Shown one piece after another: positions 21,885 through 35,454 of a DNA stretch of 64,000 nucleotides. The stretch comes from Tubiluchus corallicola (Eukaryota; Animalia; Priapulida). The stretch is taken from assembly GCA_030141605.1 (NCBI GenBank), contig JAQGDQ010000016.1:1118282-1182281 (forward strand), written 5' to 3'. The notes beneath the pieces are model-generated. The model saw nothing but the letters and a program-made list of their open reading frames with translations, ran no database searches and was not told where the DNA came from. The position numbers and the translations under genes are program-made. Every line of letters starts with the position of its first letter. Position 1 is the first letter of the stretch.

Positions 21885-22230
21885 GTTCATTGCCATCACC
21901 ACTACATTCACTAACAGCATCACCATCACCATCATCGTCGTCGTCATCATCAACAACGACAACGACAACAGCAGCAGTAACAACAACAATAACATCATCG
22001 TGGTCATCAGCATCATCATCATCATCAACGACAACGACAATAACAACAACAGCAGCAGCAACAACAATAACAATAACATCGTCGTGGTCATCAGCATCAT
22101 CATCATCATCCTCACCATCATCATCAACGACAACAACAACAACAGCAGCAGCAGCAGCAGCAACAACAACAACAATAACCTCGTCGTGGTCATCAGCATC
22201 ATCATCATCATCATGATTGACGATAACAAC
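21885..22230. repeat. Compound trinucleotide repeat (CAT/CAA/CAG/CGT) with a higher-order unit
   Basis: tcgtggtcatcagcatcatcatc block recurs three times; source of the low-complexity ORFs. Confidence 0.9.
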
Positions 22231-22877
22231 AGGTACATTCGTGGGCATTGCTTAAGGTACTATGAGGCCAACCCTTATGTACATAAATGATAAAAAACCA
22301 TCAAACATAATTATTAGAATCTATAGTTTAACGAGTGATTATTATTTTTCTAAAACGTCACGGATATTAACATTCTGTACAGGAAAACAATCAAAGCTAT
22401 ACATAACAAAACTAATTCCTCATAATCAGGCTGACTTGAGCCAGTAATATAGCAAATTATGTTCAAAAAACACAGTGAAATTGTCAACGAATTACAGATT
22501 ATTTAATACATGATACTTAATCAATAGATAATTAACGTTTAATAAAATTAATTTACTGTCAGTAATTGTCAAAGAGTTTCGTTCACCAACTTAAGAAAAC
22601 GAAACAAACACTGCACAAACCGTTTAAACAAATTAAACTGCATACAGTTTTTCGCTGTTCAGAAACTGAGGTTTACATTACCAAAATTATTATGCTTAAT
22701 GAATGAATAGTTTAATAATACTTGTTAATGAAGTATAGAGTTACCATAATAAAAAGTCATCAATCATCGAAAAACATGCTTTCAACGATTGTTGGCCATC
22801 TTTATTACACTAAACTGCGTTCAAAATCAAGTAGTCGAATATTTTAACCACTTATCGTGAATCCACTTTGTTGCGTA

Positions 22878-23279
22878 CAGGGGCGTATCAATACTTTACA
22901 GCGTCCTAGGCTGATTATTCTGTCTGGTCCATTTCTATTGCGAACTTATATAATGAGCACGATAAACAATTACTTGTGGTGTATTAGAAACACTATTAAC
23001 CTAGTTTTACGTGGTCATTATTATTAACATGTATTTGCACAGCGCAGGCTGCGCAACTGCTTTTTGTGTAATACCTTGCACCTGTTCGTTATGTGGCACT
23101 TATATAAAAGTTGCTCTCACTAATATAAAATGATGTATTAGAAAATGCGCCCTTTACATGAATATGAAAGTACACACATTTTCCAAGTAAAATAAGAATT
23201 TTTTCTAAAACGTGACGCTCTTCGGACCTTTGGCGCCCTAGGCTTTAGCCTAGTTAGCCTATTTGTTAATACGCCCATT
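22878..23279. mobile_element. Probable MITE
   Basis: Imperfect TIRs caggggcgtatcaa / ttaatacgcccatt. Confidence 0.4.
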
Positions 23280-23519
23280 ATTGTATACAATGTCTGCGAG
23301 CAAACAAGAAAAGAACATTACGTTAAAATTGCAACCCAACATAAATCATCACAATTATTTTGCAACGTGAAAGACCTGCCTACTACACAAATACAAACTT
23401 TATCGTGAACTACATAAGTTATCAAAGCACGCAAGAAAAGCCTGCCACATTGATTCGGAATTCAAGAGATGATTTCGTCTTAAATGAATTCTACAAAATT
23501 TATAATGTAATATTCTCTC

Positions 23520-24148
23520 AAGTATGGGCCATAATCGTAATGACATAGTAGCTAAAACTCTGATCAATACATATTGTCTACCCAATGTCTACCATACATA
23601 TTTGTTATACGGATGCGAAATTGGGGGTATATCAGACAATGAAGTTAATGCCATTAGGGTAAAATGGAACACTGCTTATAGAAAAATATTCGATTTTAGA
23701 CAAAATGAAAGCGTCAAATTGTTAATGTATTTTTGTGGCGCATTGCCTGCGAGTTATTTAGTAGATAGTCGAAAATTAAACTTTGTGAGAAAAATTGTAA
23801 ACTCCTGCACATTGAGAATTCCAAAGCCATGCTACTATGTAAATAACAGTCAAGTAACTTTAAGATTTAAACATGGTTGTACTGTAGCTCTAAATCCTAA
23901 ACGAAAATGTAAAATTAAAGGTTAAGAACTCATTTAAAGATTATGTTTTAAGATATCTATTATAGCTCCTTACAACACTGTATAATGTAATATAATTACA
24001 AGGGAACTACAATGTGTGGTTATTATAAAGTTGAATGTCTGTAGATATGTTATTTTACTAATATCGCATTACCTGTTTTACTAACATTTTTATCTTTGTG
24101 AGCTGTATATTTTTTATACGAAATAAACTCATAATAACAATAATAATT
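23520..24148 (+). mobile_element. LINE 3' fragment
   Basis: Post-RT motif (LINTYCLP..LLYGCE..WNTAYRKIF), then AATAAA and a (TAA)n-like tail. Confidence 0.65.
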
Positions 24149-24348
24149 GTAAGTTTCTGTGAAATAATAGTTAAGTTGAAAAGAATTTGGCAGTAGCTAT
24201 TCACACACTTGCGGGGCAGGCGGGGCAGAGGACACAATCGATTACAGTGCCATGCCCACAGTGGCTATTTTGGATGGCATCAAGAAAACTTAACACACAG
24301 TATTATAAGACATAATAATATTTACATTTCAGACTTGCACTGGCATTA

Positions 24349-27300
24349 TCATGCCACGCAAGTTAGTTTATCAACAGTTTCACGACATTCTTCACATTTT
24401 ACTTCGCAACACCATTCGAATTTACAATTGCAGCTTGTAAACAGTTGCAGGGTCTGTCGGCGAACTTTCAAACCGCAGTTTTTACACAAGGTTTTACAGC
24501 TTCGTCTCTCTGATTGTGAAATTTCTTTTCCCTTTCGTTTAGAGCAAAGCCTGCCCGCTGTTCCAACATGTCCTGTAATTCATTGAAAGCCACATAAATT
24601 TGTATTGTGAACTGATACACATTTGTCTTAAAAAAACCCAAGAATGCAGCGACAATAAGATCAAGATTAAGCTTATAGTTATGAGAACTTTTTTACCTAT
24701 TCTAAATTTGACAGTACATGTTTACGTCATGATACTTTTATTAATTTAGCAAACTGATAAATGTGCATCAGCGCTTGGTATTAAAAATAAAATTTATTAT
24801 GTGAAGAAAGACTTTGTTCATCTAACTGGGCACCAAGTCAAAGGATGTAATAATCATTATGCTATATATGGGTCGCAGAAACAGAGGCTTAAAAGTTTAG
24901 CACCAAAACGCCAAAAGATTGAGTTCAACTAACGAAACGGTTAAACATCTCGCATAAAAAAGCTAAACAAGAAACTTCATGACCCATTTGTTACTGTCAA
25001 TGAAAAATGATAGGAATGCTTACAGAAAGCCGCGATTTTGTTTCAATATAAATATATGCATAACCTGTATTCTGAGGATTACCCACATATCACAATACCG
25101 AAAGTAAAGTAAAGTAAAGTAAAGTAAAGTAAAGTAAAGTAAAGTAAAGTAAAGTAAAGTAAAGTAAAGTAAAGTAAAGTAAAGTAAAGTAAAGTAAAGT
25201 AAAGTAAAGTAAAGTAAAGTAAAGTAAAGTAAAGTAAAGTAAAGTAAAGTAAAGTAAAGTAAAGTAAAGTAAAGTAAAGTAAAGTAAAGTAAAGTAAAGT
25301 AAAGTAAAGTAAAGTAAAGTAAAGTAAAGTAAAGTAAAACAAAGTAAGGTAAAGCAAAGCAAAGTAAAGTAAGGCAAAGTAAAGTAAAGTAAAGTAAAGT
25401 AAAGTAAAGTACAGTAAAGTAAAGTAAAGTAAAGTAAAGTAAAGTAAAGTAAAGTAAAGTAAAGTAAAGTAAAGTAAAGTAAAGTAAAGTAAAGTAAAGT
25501 AAAGTAAAGTAAAGTAAAGTAAAGTAAAGTAAAGTAAAGTAAAAGTAAAGTAAAGTAAAGTAAAGTAAAGTAAAGTAAAGTAAAGTAAAGTAAAGTAAAG
25601 TAAAGTAAAGTAAAGTAAAGTAAAGTAAAGTAAAGTAAAGTAAAGTAAAGTAAAGTAAATTAATGTAAAGCAAAGCAAAGAAAAGCAAAGTAAAGTAAAG
25701 CAAAGCAAAGTAAAGTAACACAAAGTAAAGCAAAGCAAAGCAAAATACGGCAAAGTGAAGTAAAGAAAAGTAAATTAACTTTAAGCAAAATATGGCAAAG
25801 TAAAGTAAAGTAAAAATAATGCAAAACAAAGTAAAGCTAAGTATATTGTAAAGTTGTAAAGTTGAGTAAGGTAAGGTAAAGTTAGACAAAGAAAAATAAA
25901 TTAAACATCGTACCGGACTTCATACCTTCTGTAATATTAGCTTTGCAATAGTCATGGGATGGTTCCAAATAGACGAGACTCCTCCTTTTTAGGGAAGGTA
26001 TTTCTTCAATACGTCCTGTATTCATCAATTTCAATTCGCCGTTTTTATAGTCAACTTTCACCGCTTTCCAGTATCTCTTCTTCAAGTAATCGCCAACTTT
26101 CCGGAAATCGGACAACTGCAGCCAACATGTTTGCGTCGAACAACTTCCGGATACGCCGTGGCACTTGCAGGTTCGTTTTAGAGTATGGCGGACCGCCTGA
26201 TAACAACAAATTTTGCTCTTTAATCTTGACCATAATCAATGCAAACAAATATTCTAGTAGACGTAAGTTAAAACATACTGCAAGAGCAATCTGTATTTCA
26301 ATTTAGAGATAGCATGTACTTCTACGACCTTCGACACGTGATCAATTGTTTCTTTGGCTGTTGCTGCATTTGGCCGTTAGGCAACTTTTGCAATCGAGTT
26401 TTCTAGTTATTCAGTTTTGTAACAAATAAAAATAAAATTCAACAACAAACAACTTAAAAAATAAATTCAAGCCAGAAATTCAAAAAATATTATATTTATT
26501 AATCAAAGAGGCGTCACTTTAAAATACCTCATCTTTCTTACCAGTAGATAGCACCACGTTATGCATATTACGCTATTACTAGCGCTGTTTACGTGGTAGA
26601 GTCCCCATCTACTAAAATCAGTGTTAAACTAAAAAAGTTAGTACGCCTTTAATTTCAATTATTCATAATTTCTATTATTACACTTTGCGTTAAGTAGTGA
26701 AAATATTCAATTGTGCTTTACTATGTTAATATAAATAAAGGTGTTAAGTGAACTTACTGCTCTCCCTGCTTTATTATTGTGCAGATTCATCAAAGCTGTT
26801 GCATCTTTCCCAGTTTCCAAAGCGTCTACGAACTGCTTACTTATTTGCTCTCCAAATTTGACATTGTCACTGCACCCACCCCAAGTCCAGCCCGGAGCTG
26901 CTATAACAAAACAAAACACAAAGATGGCAGAAACAAAGTATTAAGAAACAAACTGCGAAGATATTTGACAGGTAGAATTTTCCATAGATGTAATTTCTAG
27001 GTGTCAACTAAACTAAACTAAACTAAACTAAACTAAACTAAACTAAACTAAACTAAACTAAACTAAACTAAACTAAACTAAACTAAACTAAACTAAACTA
27101 AACTAAACTAAACTAAACTAAACTAAACTAAACTAAACTAAACTAAACTATACTATACTAAATATGGAACTATATAATAAAACGCCTTTCAGAGCAAAAA
27201 TGATCAGTCACGATGTGTTAATACCAAGAGACATCTATATCATACACCTATTCCGAGATTTCAAAGACTATTCACTTCAGTTTACACGTCTTTTTGCACA

Positions 27301-30164
27301 GTTTCGCAACTTGGTAAGACGTCATCTCAAAACGAGTGTGGCGGGACCCGAACTATTCTCACTCATCATCAGGGATAAGCCTGTACGATGAGACAGTGAC
27401 CCAGCAAAAATATTCAGTACGTACAATTGCATGCGCGTGTCTTCCTCGAGAAAAGAAATGACTGAATATCGGCTGTCACCTCTCCATTAACTAACCAGAT
27501 CTGGCGTTACTTAACCTTGCAGCTAAGCACGCACTGCCGGCCCTGTCTTATTTTCGGAAACATTACAACTTAAAATTCAGATGTAGTGTTTGTAGTTCTA
27601 TTTCTAATGAAAGTGTGGTAACGGTGTTTTAGTAAATACAGGTGCGTCTCAAATAATTGTCAAAAATATAAATACCTTGGCCTTTGCGCCTGTCATCACA
27701 ACCGCAGTTTTCAAATTCTCCAGAACTACAGTTTCGGGTCAACGTGTACATAACTCCAGCTGAACTGATGGCATGAACAAATGAGGTTTCCCGTGTTGCT
27801 GAAAACATTGTTACTGTTTTAGCCGAATAGTCCTTTTTAAAATTATCTAGTGTAAATGTAACGTGATCAAATGAGATGTAATACGGCAATTTCATATATA
27901 ATAGCATCGACGACGATAACGATATGTGATGGTGGAGCTGCTGCTGCTGACGATGTTGATGATGGTGATGGTAGTGAAGAAAACGAAGGTGACATAATGA
28001 TGATGATGATTATCCTATGTTGAAAATTGGTGTTTCATATTTGCAAGAGATTAAAAATACTGAAAATGCTGAATGCTTATCTACAAAACACTTAATCAGG
28101 CCCTATGATGTAGTAATGTAATGTAATATAATGTAATGTAATGTAATGTAATGTAATGCAATGCAATGCAATGCAATGCAATGCAATACAATACAACACA
28201 ATGCAATACAACACAATACAATACAATACAATATAATATAACATAATATAACATAATATAACATAACATAGCATAACATAGCATAACATAACATAACATA
28301 ACACAACACAACATAATATAATATAGTATAATATAATATTTTTACCTGCAGGAACACTGTGAGAATAAAGGGGTAATGACGATCGAGGACAGTTCCATCT
28401 CTCCCAGGCAAACTGATGCTGGCACTCTTCCATCCCAATTTGTGCTCCTGCTGCCACACTCGCAGAAAACGTCAAATACGCCTGAAAACAAACGGACGAA
28501 TGAAAACGAAAGAATGAGTGAACGAATGTATTATTGATTCTATGGACGAATGAACGAGTGACTGACTGACTGACTGAATGAATGAATGAACGAATGAACG
28601 AACGAACGAACGAATGAATGAATGAACGAACGAACGAATGAATGAATGATTGACTGACTGAATGAATGAATGAATGAATGAATGAATGAATGAATGAATG
28701 AATGAATGAATGAATGAATGAATGAATGGAGTCGCCAAAAGAAAGAAAAAAGGAAAAGGAAAATAAAACCAATCAATCAGCTAGTAATCAGTCAATCAAT
28801 TCATAGAAACATCGTTCAGCCTATAAAGCAGTACATTATTAGTCACACAAGCCACAACCAACATTACAAGCTGCTACACAACGAGAAAGTCTTTTACTAA
28901 CGTGAAATGATTGTGGCGGGAATGAAATCTCTTCAATATCAAAGATATTTTTTTAAATGAGACACTGAATCAACAGGGGTGCCTTGGCCTTAATTGTGCA
29001 TCCCCCTCAAAAGAAAAGAGCTACTGTAGCATGTGACAGTATACGGGAAATTAAAGTAATAAGAAGCAGATTTCCTGCCTGTTACTCATCAGGCTCGACG
29101 ATGCTTAACTTCATAACTAGTCCTGCACCTTGACCATTTAGTTATTTTCTCGGTATAATAGAACAAGTCAAAAATGAACACCAACGTTTTTCGTACAATT
29201 CCTCTGTGAAATCATATCTAACGCTTCGGTAGCTACGTCATTAATTAACTCATTCGAGGGTTAATAAGCCAAATTTGCCAGTCGGCTAAAACTCAATAGA
29301 GTTGCGGAAATTTTTGTTTGCTATTTGCACCTCGTCGTGTGGCAGGCGCCAATTACCTTATTGTTACACCATACTCGAACACGATTCGAAGTTATTAGCC
29401 TAATTCAGCTCCCCTGAAGTTACCGACAAGCGTGTCCAGACTTTGGCTGGTCGGATTTAGAGGCAGTGGTCAATAACTAGTATGGACCTAACAGGAGAAG
29501 CAAGCATTGCTACTTGTTGAGCAATGTATTTCCGACTTCCGGTGAAGGGGTTAATAACATTTTTTGAAATAAATACTCCAACAAAGCTTGTAATCACACA
29601 GGAATAGATATTAATCTAAATTAAGTACAGCTTGGAATGTTGCTGTAAGAAAACTTTGGAATTTACTGTTTAGATCACACAAATACTGTCTTCCTTTTAT
29701 ATGTGATATCGTTCCGCCAGTTAAACAGTTACAGAAACCGTTTGTTAAATTTACCATAGTTGTTTAAATAGTGAAAATCGCATAGCCAATTTTTTTACAC
29801 ACAATTCTCGATTTCATGGCTCTTGTAATGGGTTATAATTTGTTATCTATTTGTAACGAGTACAAAACTTTTTACACAAATGAAAATTTTCTTTCTAAAG
29901 TTTTTTCCTGTACATGAGATGTAAAAAGTAATGTTAGCAAAGAACAAATACGGACTGTAAATTTCATTACCGAAGTTACTTGGGCTCTAGAACGTAATTG
30001 TTTTAATTTTCTGACAGGAATGAGTTGTACGCCATACTAGCATATCTTACTCTCACTTAACGGTATATATTCACATTGCTTACTATTCTTGTTGACTAAT
30101 GTTATTTTGCTTGTTAATCTGTTTGTTTATTTTATGTGATTGTTCCACGAGTACGAATGAAATG

Positions 30165-30237
<73 letters not shown>

Positions 30238-30278
30238 TGTGTGTGTGTATATATGTGTATATATATATATATATATAT

Positions 30279-30316
<38 letters not shown>

Positions 30317-33300
30317 CTGTTATCTAACACATAAGATTAACGTGAGAAAGAAAGCACGTATAAGAAAGATTTAGTTTATTTAAGCTTGCTGTTTAAAAAA
30401 TTAATAAAATCTTCATTAATGTTTGTTAGATTAGGTATGGCTGCACTTGATTTACCCTGCATGCTTATCAGGCTGTGCTTCACAAATAAATGTGACCAAT
30501 TACAGAGCATACAGAATATTATGCCGCAGGAATATTGAGCTTCGCTTTTTATTTTATATCTATTTACTCAACTTTAAAATCTGACTACAAAACGTCCATA
30601 GAAATGTTTTTGTTACCTCTTTTACCTCTAAAATGCTCGTCGTTTGCAGTATCGGAAAACAAAAGTTCTGAATTCCTTGTTTTCTGTTTTATTTTCCCCT
30701 TTTTGGTGATAATTTTTAGTAATTCATTCCACAGCCTTTTCTAAGAATGTTGATTTATTCTTAATCCGAATAGTATATCAAACTATCTAAAGAAACGCTA
30801 AGTACAAAATAAAGAAAATTACTTTTTTTACACAAAATGTACCATTATTTGTAGTACTCACAACTGAACGTCTGCCTCTGTAAATACAAATTGCAGAAAT
30901 TAACTAAAATCATTTTTGTATATTAATCGTTTCTTTAAATTTTTAATCATTTCAAAAGTGCACGAATTTCAGCTAAGCACTGATCTTTGATAACACATCG
31001 TACAGAAAAGTTTTGGCAAATGACAGATGGCACCCTATGAAAAAACGAAAAACCAATATGTATATAAAACTAGCAAGCAAGCGTAATGAAAGGTCTAATC
31101 ATTTCATCTTTCAGTTATGCTCCAGAGATTGCTCAAAAGCCGTCCAATGAATTTGGATAAAACGCACTCTGACGAAGAGAATAGTTTCAAGTTTAACAAC
31201 AAACAGCAAATAAACCACTACTGCAAATTCGTGTTCAAGAACAGATCATATTTTTACTTAGGAGACAATCAGAACAAGAAATAGCAATGGGGCCAAGAAA
31301 TAACAAACAAAAACAAGAGCACGTTGAACAAGATCGCACAGGACTTAAAATCCCAATATCCTGGTCAATGTACTAAAGCTAGACTATGGACGGATGGCTG
31401 TATCATGTCCAAACAACAAACCATGAATACATACCGACGTTTAGAGATTATAGTGCATCCGTATTGTCAAGGTATAATAGGTGATTAACAAGACAATACT
31501 TTCCTATCATTACATATTACACGCACCCAATGTGTTATGTTAAACATGATAATCTACCGCGAGATAATCCAGAGCCTTGAGATTAGCTTAATAAAGGCAT
31601 AATGCAGAGCAGACAGGTTATGCGGAGTCCATTCAGAATGGGATGGCTTACTGGTTTAAATGGAGTGTTTTCATCTTACTTGTGATCCAGTTTATACGGT
31701 TGCAATAGGGCACAAAAAGGAACAAATTTTCCCACGAGAATATTTTTGCAAGGAAGTCTTTCGGGAAAAATTGGCGGTGACTTTCAGCCCGTCTTAAAAA
31801 TTAGTGCATCACCAAATCATATATTAATAAATATAATAATTAAAAAAGGTATGCCTATGTAAAATTAACTGGGTCAAATATAGTATAATTCTCATACTTT
31901 AAAAGAAGACAGAATGATTTTTCATATTCAAGTACGGTAAAAGTATACATTTTAACACAAATAATACTGCAACAGCGTTTCTGATAATTATATAATACAT
32001 TAAAATCTTAATTAACAACGGGCGAGCCCAACTGTTGATTACATAAAAAACTAACGTAATTTTCAACAGCAAATACATTCCACATGAATGGAGTGTTTTC
32101 ATCTTACTTGTGATCCAGTTTATACGGTTGCAATAGGGCACAAAAAGGAACAAATTTTCCCACGAGAATATTTTTGCAAGGAAGTCTTTCGGGAAAAATT
32201 GGCGGTGACTTTCAGCCCGTCTTAAAAATTAGTGCATCACCAAATCATATATTAATAAATATAATAATTAAAAAAGGTATGCCTATGTAAAATTAACTGG
32301 GTCAAATATAGTATAATTCTCATACTTTAAAAGAAGACAGAATGATTTTTCATATTCAAGTACGGTAAAAGTATACATTTTAACACAAATAATACTGCAA
32401 CAGCGTTTCTGATAATTATATAATACATTAAAATCTTAATTAACAACGGGCGAGCCCAACTGTTGATTACATAAAAAACTAACGTAATTTTCAACAGCAA
32501 ATACATTCCACATGTTGTACGTGTTTGTAAAAGGGAAAATTGAAGTACGGTACTTCTGTATGAGATTCAGTGTGTTGTATTAAAACTCGGCAAGTTTTAA
32601 GATAAAAAAAAGTTCAAATTTCAAGTTTACCGCTGCACTCATGCATGAGCTATCGAACGTGTGTAGTTCGTCACAAACTAACACATCTGAACTGAGAAGT
32701 ACAGGCGCTATTGCCCGTATAACTAGCGTATAGTGAAATGCATGTAACAGCGAAGAACTAGTGTCAAGAACGTGAAATTGTGTTTGTGTGGTAATAATTC
32801 TTTCACGTAAGTCATTTTTGAAAAAAAGTACGTTTCCTTTCAACATTTTAAAGACTGTATTGTTTTGACTTAAAGTTTAAGATTGGATACGGTTTTGCTT
32901 TAAATTCTCTTTCATTTTTATGATTAATACGAAAAATTTTTGAACACTAATAATGCTTAACATTTTATTTTACGTTAAAAATATGCCTTCAGTAGATGTG
33001 CATTGTGCAAACTTTATAACACATCATAAAGGGGAACAAACGAACAAAACAAAAATCGCTAGTCTGAACAGTGAACGCCAAATCTGCATTCAGAAGGTAC
33101 AACAGGCCATACTAGCTAACCTGAGTAAAATCTTAAAAGAATTTTTCCATACATTCAACATTTTCCAATTATAATTTAATTGACGTATATATACGCTGCA
33201 ATTTTATATACAGATTTTTTATATTAATAATTCGTATAAACTTTATTTAAAAGTTTCTAACTCGCAATTGTAGTGGCTTTTATGTTAACTAAACTTGCAT

Positions 33301-35454
33301 GTTTTGTATTTGTAAAAAACGCACAAATTTCTCACCTTGGGACCAGTCATCAGGAAATTGTTCACCGTCCTAAAAATAAAAACAAATAGATTATTTGTTT
33401 TAGGTGTAAATTATTTGCGCATTTCTTGTGTTAAAAATGTCGTGTTAGCTAGTATGCATGACATTGAATTGAATAGAATTTGTTGACTAACAGAGATAAA
33501 GTATATTAACAATACATCACATACAAAGTTGTAAAGAGTTAGTCCTAATTAATAGCGGTAACGATGAGTCTAAATGGTCAGTCACACGGATAAAAACACA
33601 GGCTTACAATGAACGAAGTGATTACAACAAAATCATGTCAGATAGTTAAAAATATAAAAAGTTTAACAAATATAACACTCAATTAAAGAACTCAATTGAA
33701 GAACAAAATTTATAAGACTTATTTGTAGACAACTGTAGCATCAAATGATATAAGAACAGATTGAAGCTGTCATGTGGATACTCGATTGCTGGATACTGGA
33801 TCGCCTAATATTGTTACGCATATCATGATGCTATAAACGTTATTAATATATTATATCAACTGCTATAGCTAAACTACGTTTACGTTTTTCTTATGCTTTA
33901 AAAACGAATATTCTGGGGAGGAAGTATCCAAAATCTGCGCTATAATTTAAAAAAAAATAACTCGAAGGTTTTGCGTACTGCTAGGGCAAAGTAAACGGTT
34001 TTAAAGTCGTACTTGTTGTTTGTTAAAATGCTTCTCATAACAATAAATAATAATTATAACTTAGAACGCCAATTATAAATTAATTGCTATTAGTACGGCA
34101 GTATCTAAAGTTTGCATACGAGATGAATTTTATTTAACTGATAAAATGTACAACCAGGGAAGAAAACTTAGCCTATTTAAATGGTGAAAAAAAATTCTCA
34201 ATTTCGTTAACTTTTCAGTTATTTCGATTTTATAATGGTAAAAAATTTCGAATTATTTGAGCAAATTTCAAACCAATTCTTTGATCTGCTTTGTTTCACA
34301 TGTTCTTTTATTTTAGGAAATTTAACTACGCCTTTTTGTAATTGTCATAGTGTAAAATGTGGTGATATTCATAATCAAAATTCTACATTTATTCTAGATT
34401 TACCCACAGTTGTATTCATTAATCAAAGAGGTTACTAATGTCACTGTGTTTGTACCGACTAATGACTTTTACCGAGTAAATATAAAGTTTGGTACTTTGG
34501 TGAATTTATCTGCCAACCTTGCTTTTTAAGACTTACTAAATACATCACAATAAGTTTATGAAAATGTATGACGGCTTTGGCTTACCTGCACGCACGAATG
34601 TTAATTAGGCTGTTTATATAAATATGGCCAATTAGAGATCATACAGGACTATATTCCAAGAATATCGAGGTTTGGTTTTTATTTTATATCCGTTTACTTA
34701 ACCTAATTTTGTCTATGAAACGTCAATAGAAACGTTTTCGTCATCACTTTTAGCCCTTTGACAAAATCCGCGTCATTTGCAATATTGAAAGTCTAAGTCT
34801 ATATGCAATATGCAATAGTTTAAGTGACAAGAACTTTTTCTTTTTTTCTCGTTTCATTATTTTATTGATGAAATAACTAATAGTTGGTTTCACAATTTTT
34901 TCTCCTATAGTTATTTTATTCTTAATAAAATAAATCCAAATTGTATATCAAAATTAGGTTGTAAAAATACGCGGGAGTACAAATACTCAAGTTGTAAATC
35001 GAACGTACAAAATAAAGAAAATTATTTGACTGTTTATATAATTATTTATATCAGTCAAAAGTCAACATATGCAAGCTTCGCACTGTAAACGCAAATTACA
35101 AAACCTGACTGAAATTAATTTCGTGTATTAATCTTTTCTTAAATTGTAAAAATAACATTTAATTTTAAATAATCTAATTACTATTTTCCTACCAATAATA
35201 ATAAATGTCGAAAAGCGAATATCTTTGGGATTAACGAATTAATCACCTAGAAAACTAAACATTATTACACAATGAAGCAAATTTTTATATATGTACGAAG
35301 ACAGGTGTATAAACATTTTCGCACAAACGCCCTTTTAAAATATTTAAAAAACTAGTAGAGTGACAAAAACTTACCATGAATACGCACTCAAACTACAAAA
35401 AGATATTAAAAGCAGCGTTTCATGCAACACTTTTAAGTGTCGATATTTGCACAT
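24349..35454 (-). CDS. Wnt8: Wnt8 family ligand (7 coding exons, 336 aa)
   Basis: Exons 35454-35375 (signal peptide), 33369-33336 ([12 protein letters not shown], Wnt8 hallmark), 28481-28346, 27798-27676, 26900-26758, 26196-25926 ([10 protein letters not shown] acylation site), 24572-24349. All GT-AG, phases consistent, 1011 nt, 22 Cys in the mature chain. Confidence 0.96.
25101..25885. repeat. (AAAGT)n microsatellite in Wnt8 intron 6
   Basis: Seen directly. Confidence 0.97.
27006..27162. repeat. (AACTA)n microsatellite in Wnt8 intron 4
   Basis: Seen directly. Confidence 0.97.
28110..28338. repeat. Compound pentanucleotide array (TAATG/CAATG/CAATA/TAACA/TAATA) in Wnt8 intron 3
   Basis: Seen directly. 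Confidence 0.92.
28495..28728. repeat. (GAAT)n/(GAAC)n/(GACT)n tetranucleotide array in Wnt8 intron 2
   Basis: Seen directly. Confidence 0.92.
30165..30314. repeat. (TA)n/(TG)n microsatellite
   Basis: Seen directly. Confidence 0.95.
31659..32514. repeat. 428-bp direct tandem duplication
   Basis: 31659-32086 repeats at 32087-32514; no mismatch spotted by eye. Confidence 0.92.
32327..32903. mobile_element. TTAA-flanked family A element, copy 3 (left end also duplicated at 31899-32086)
   Basis: ttaaaagaagacag ... cggttttgctttaa; homologous to copies 1 and 2. Confidence 0.7.
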
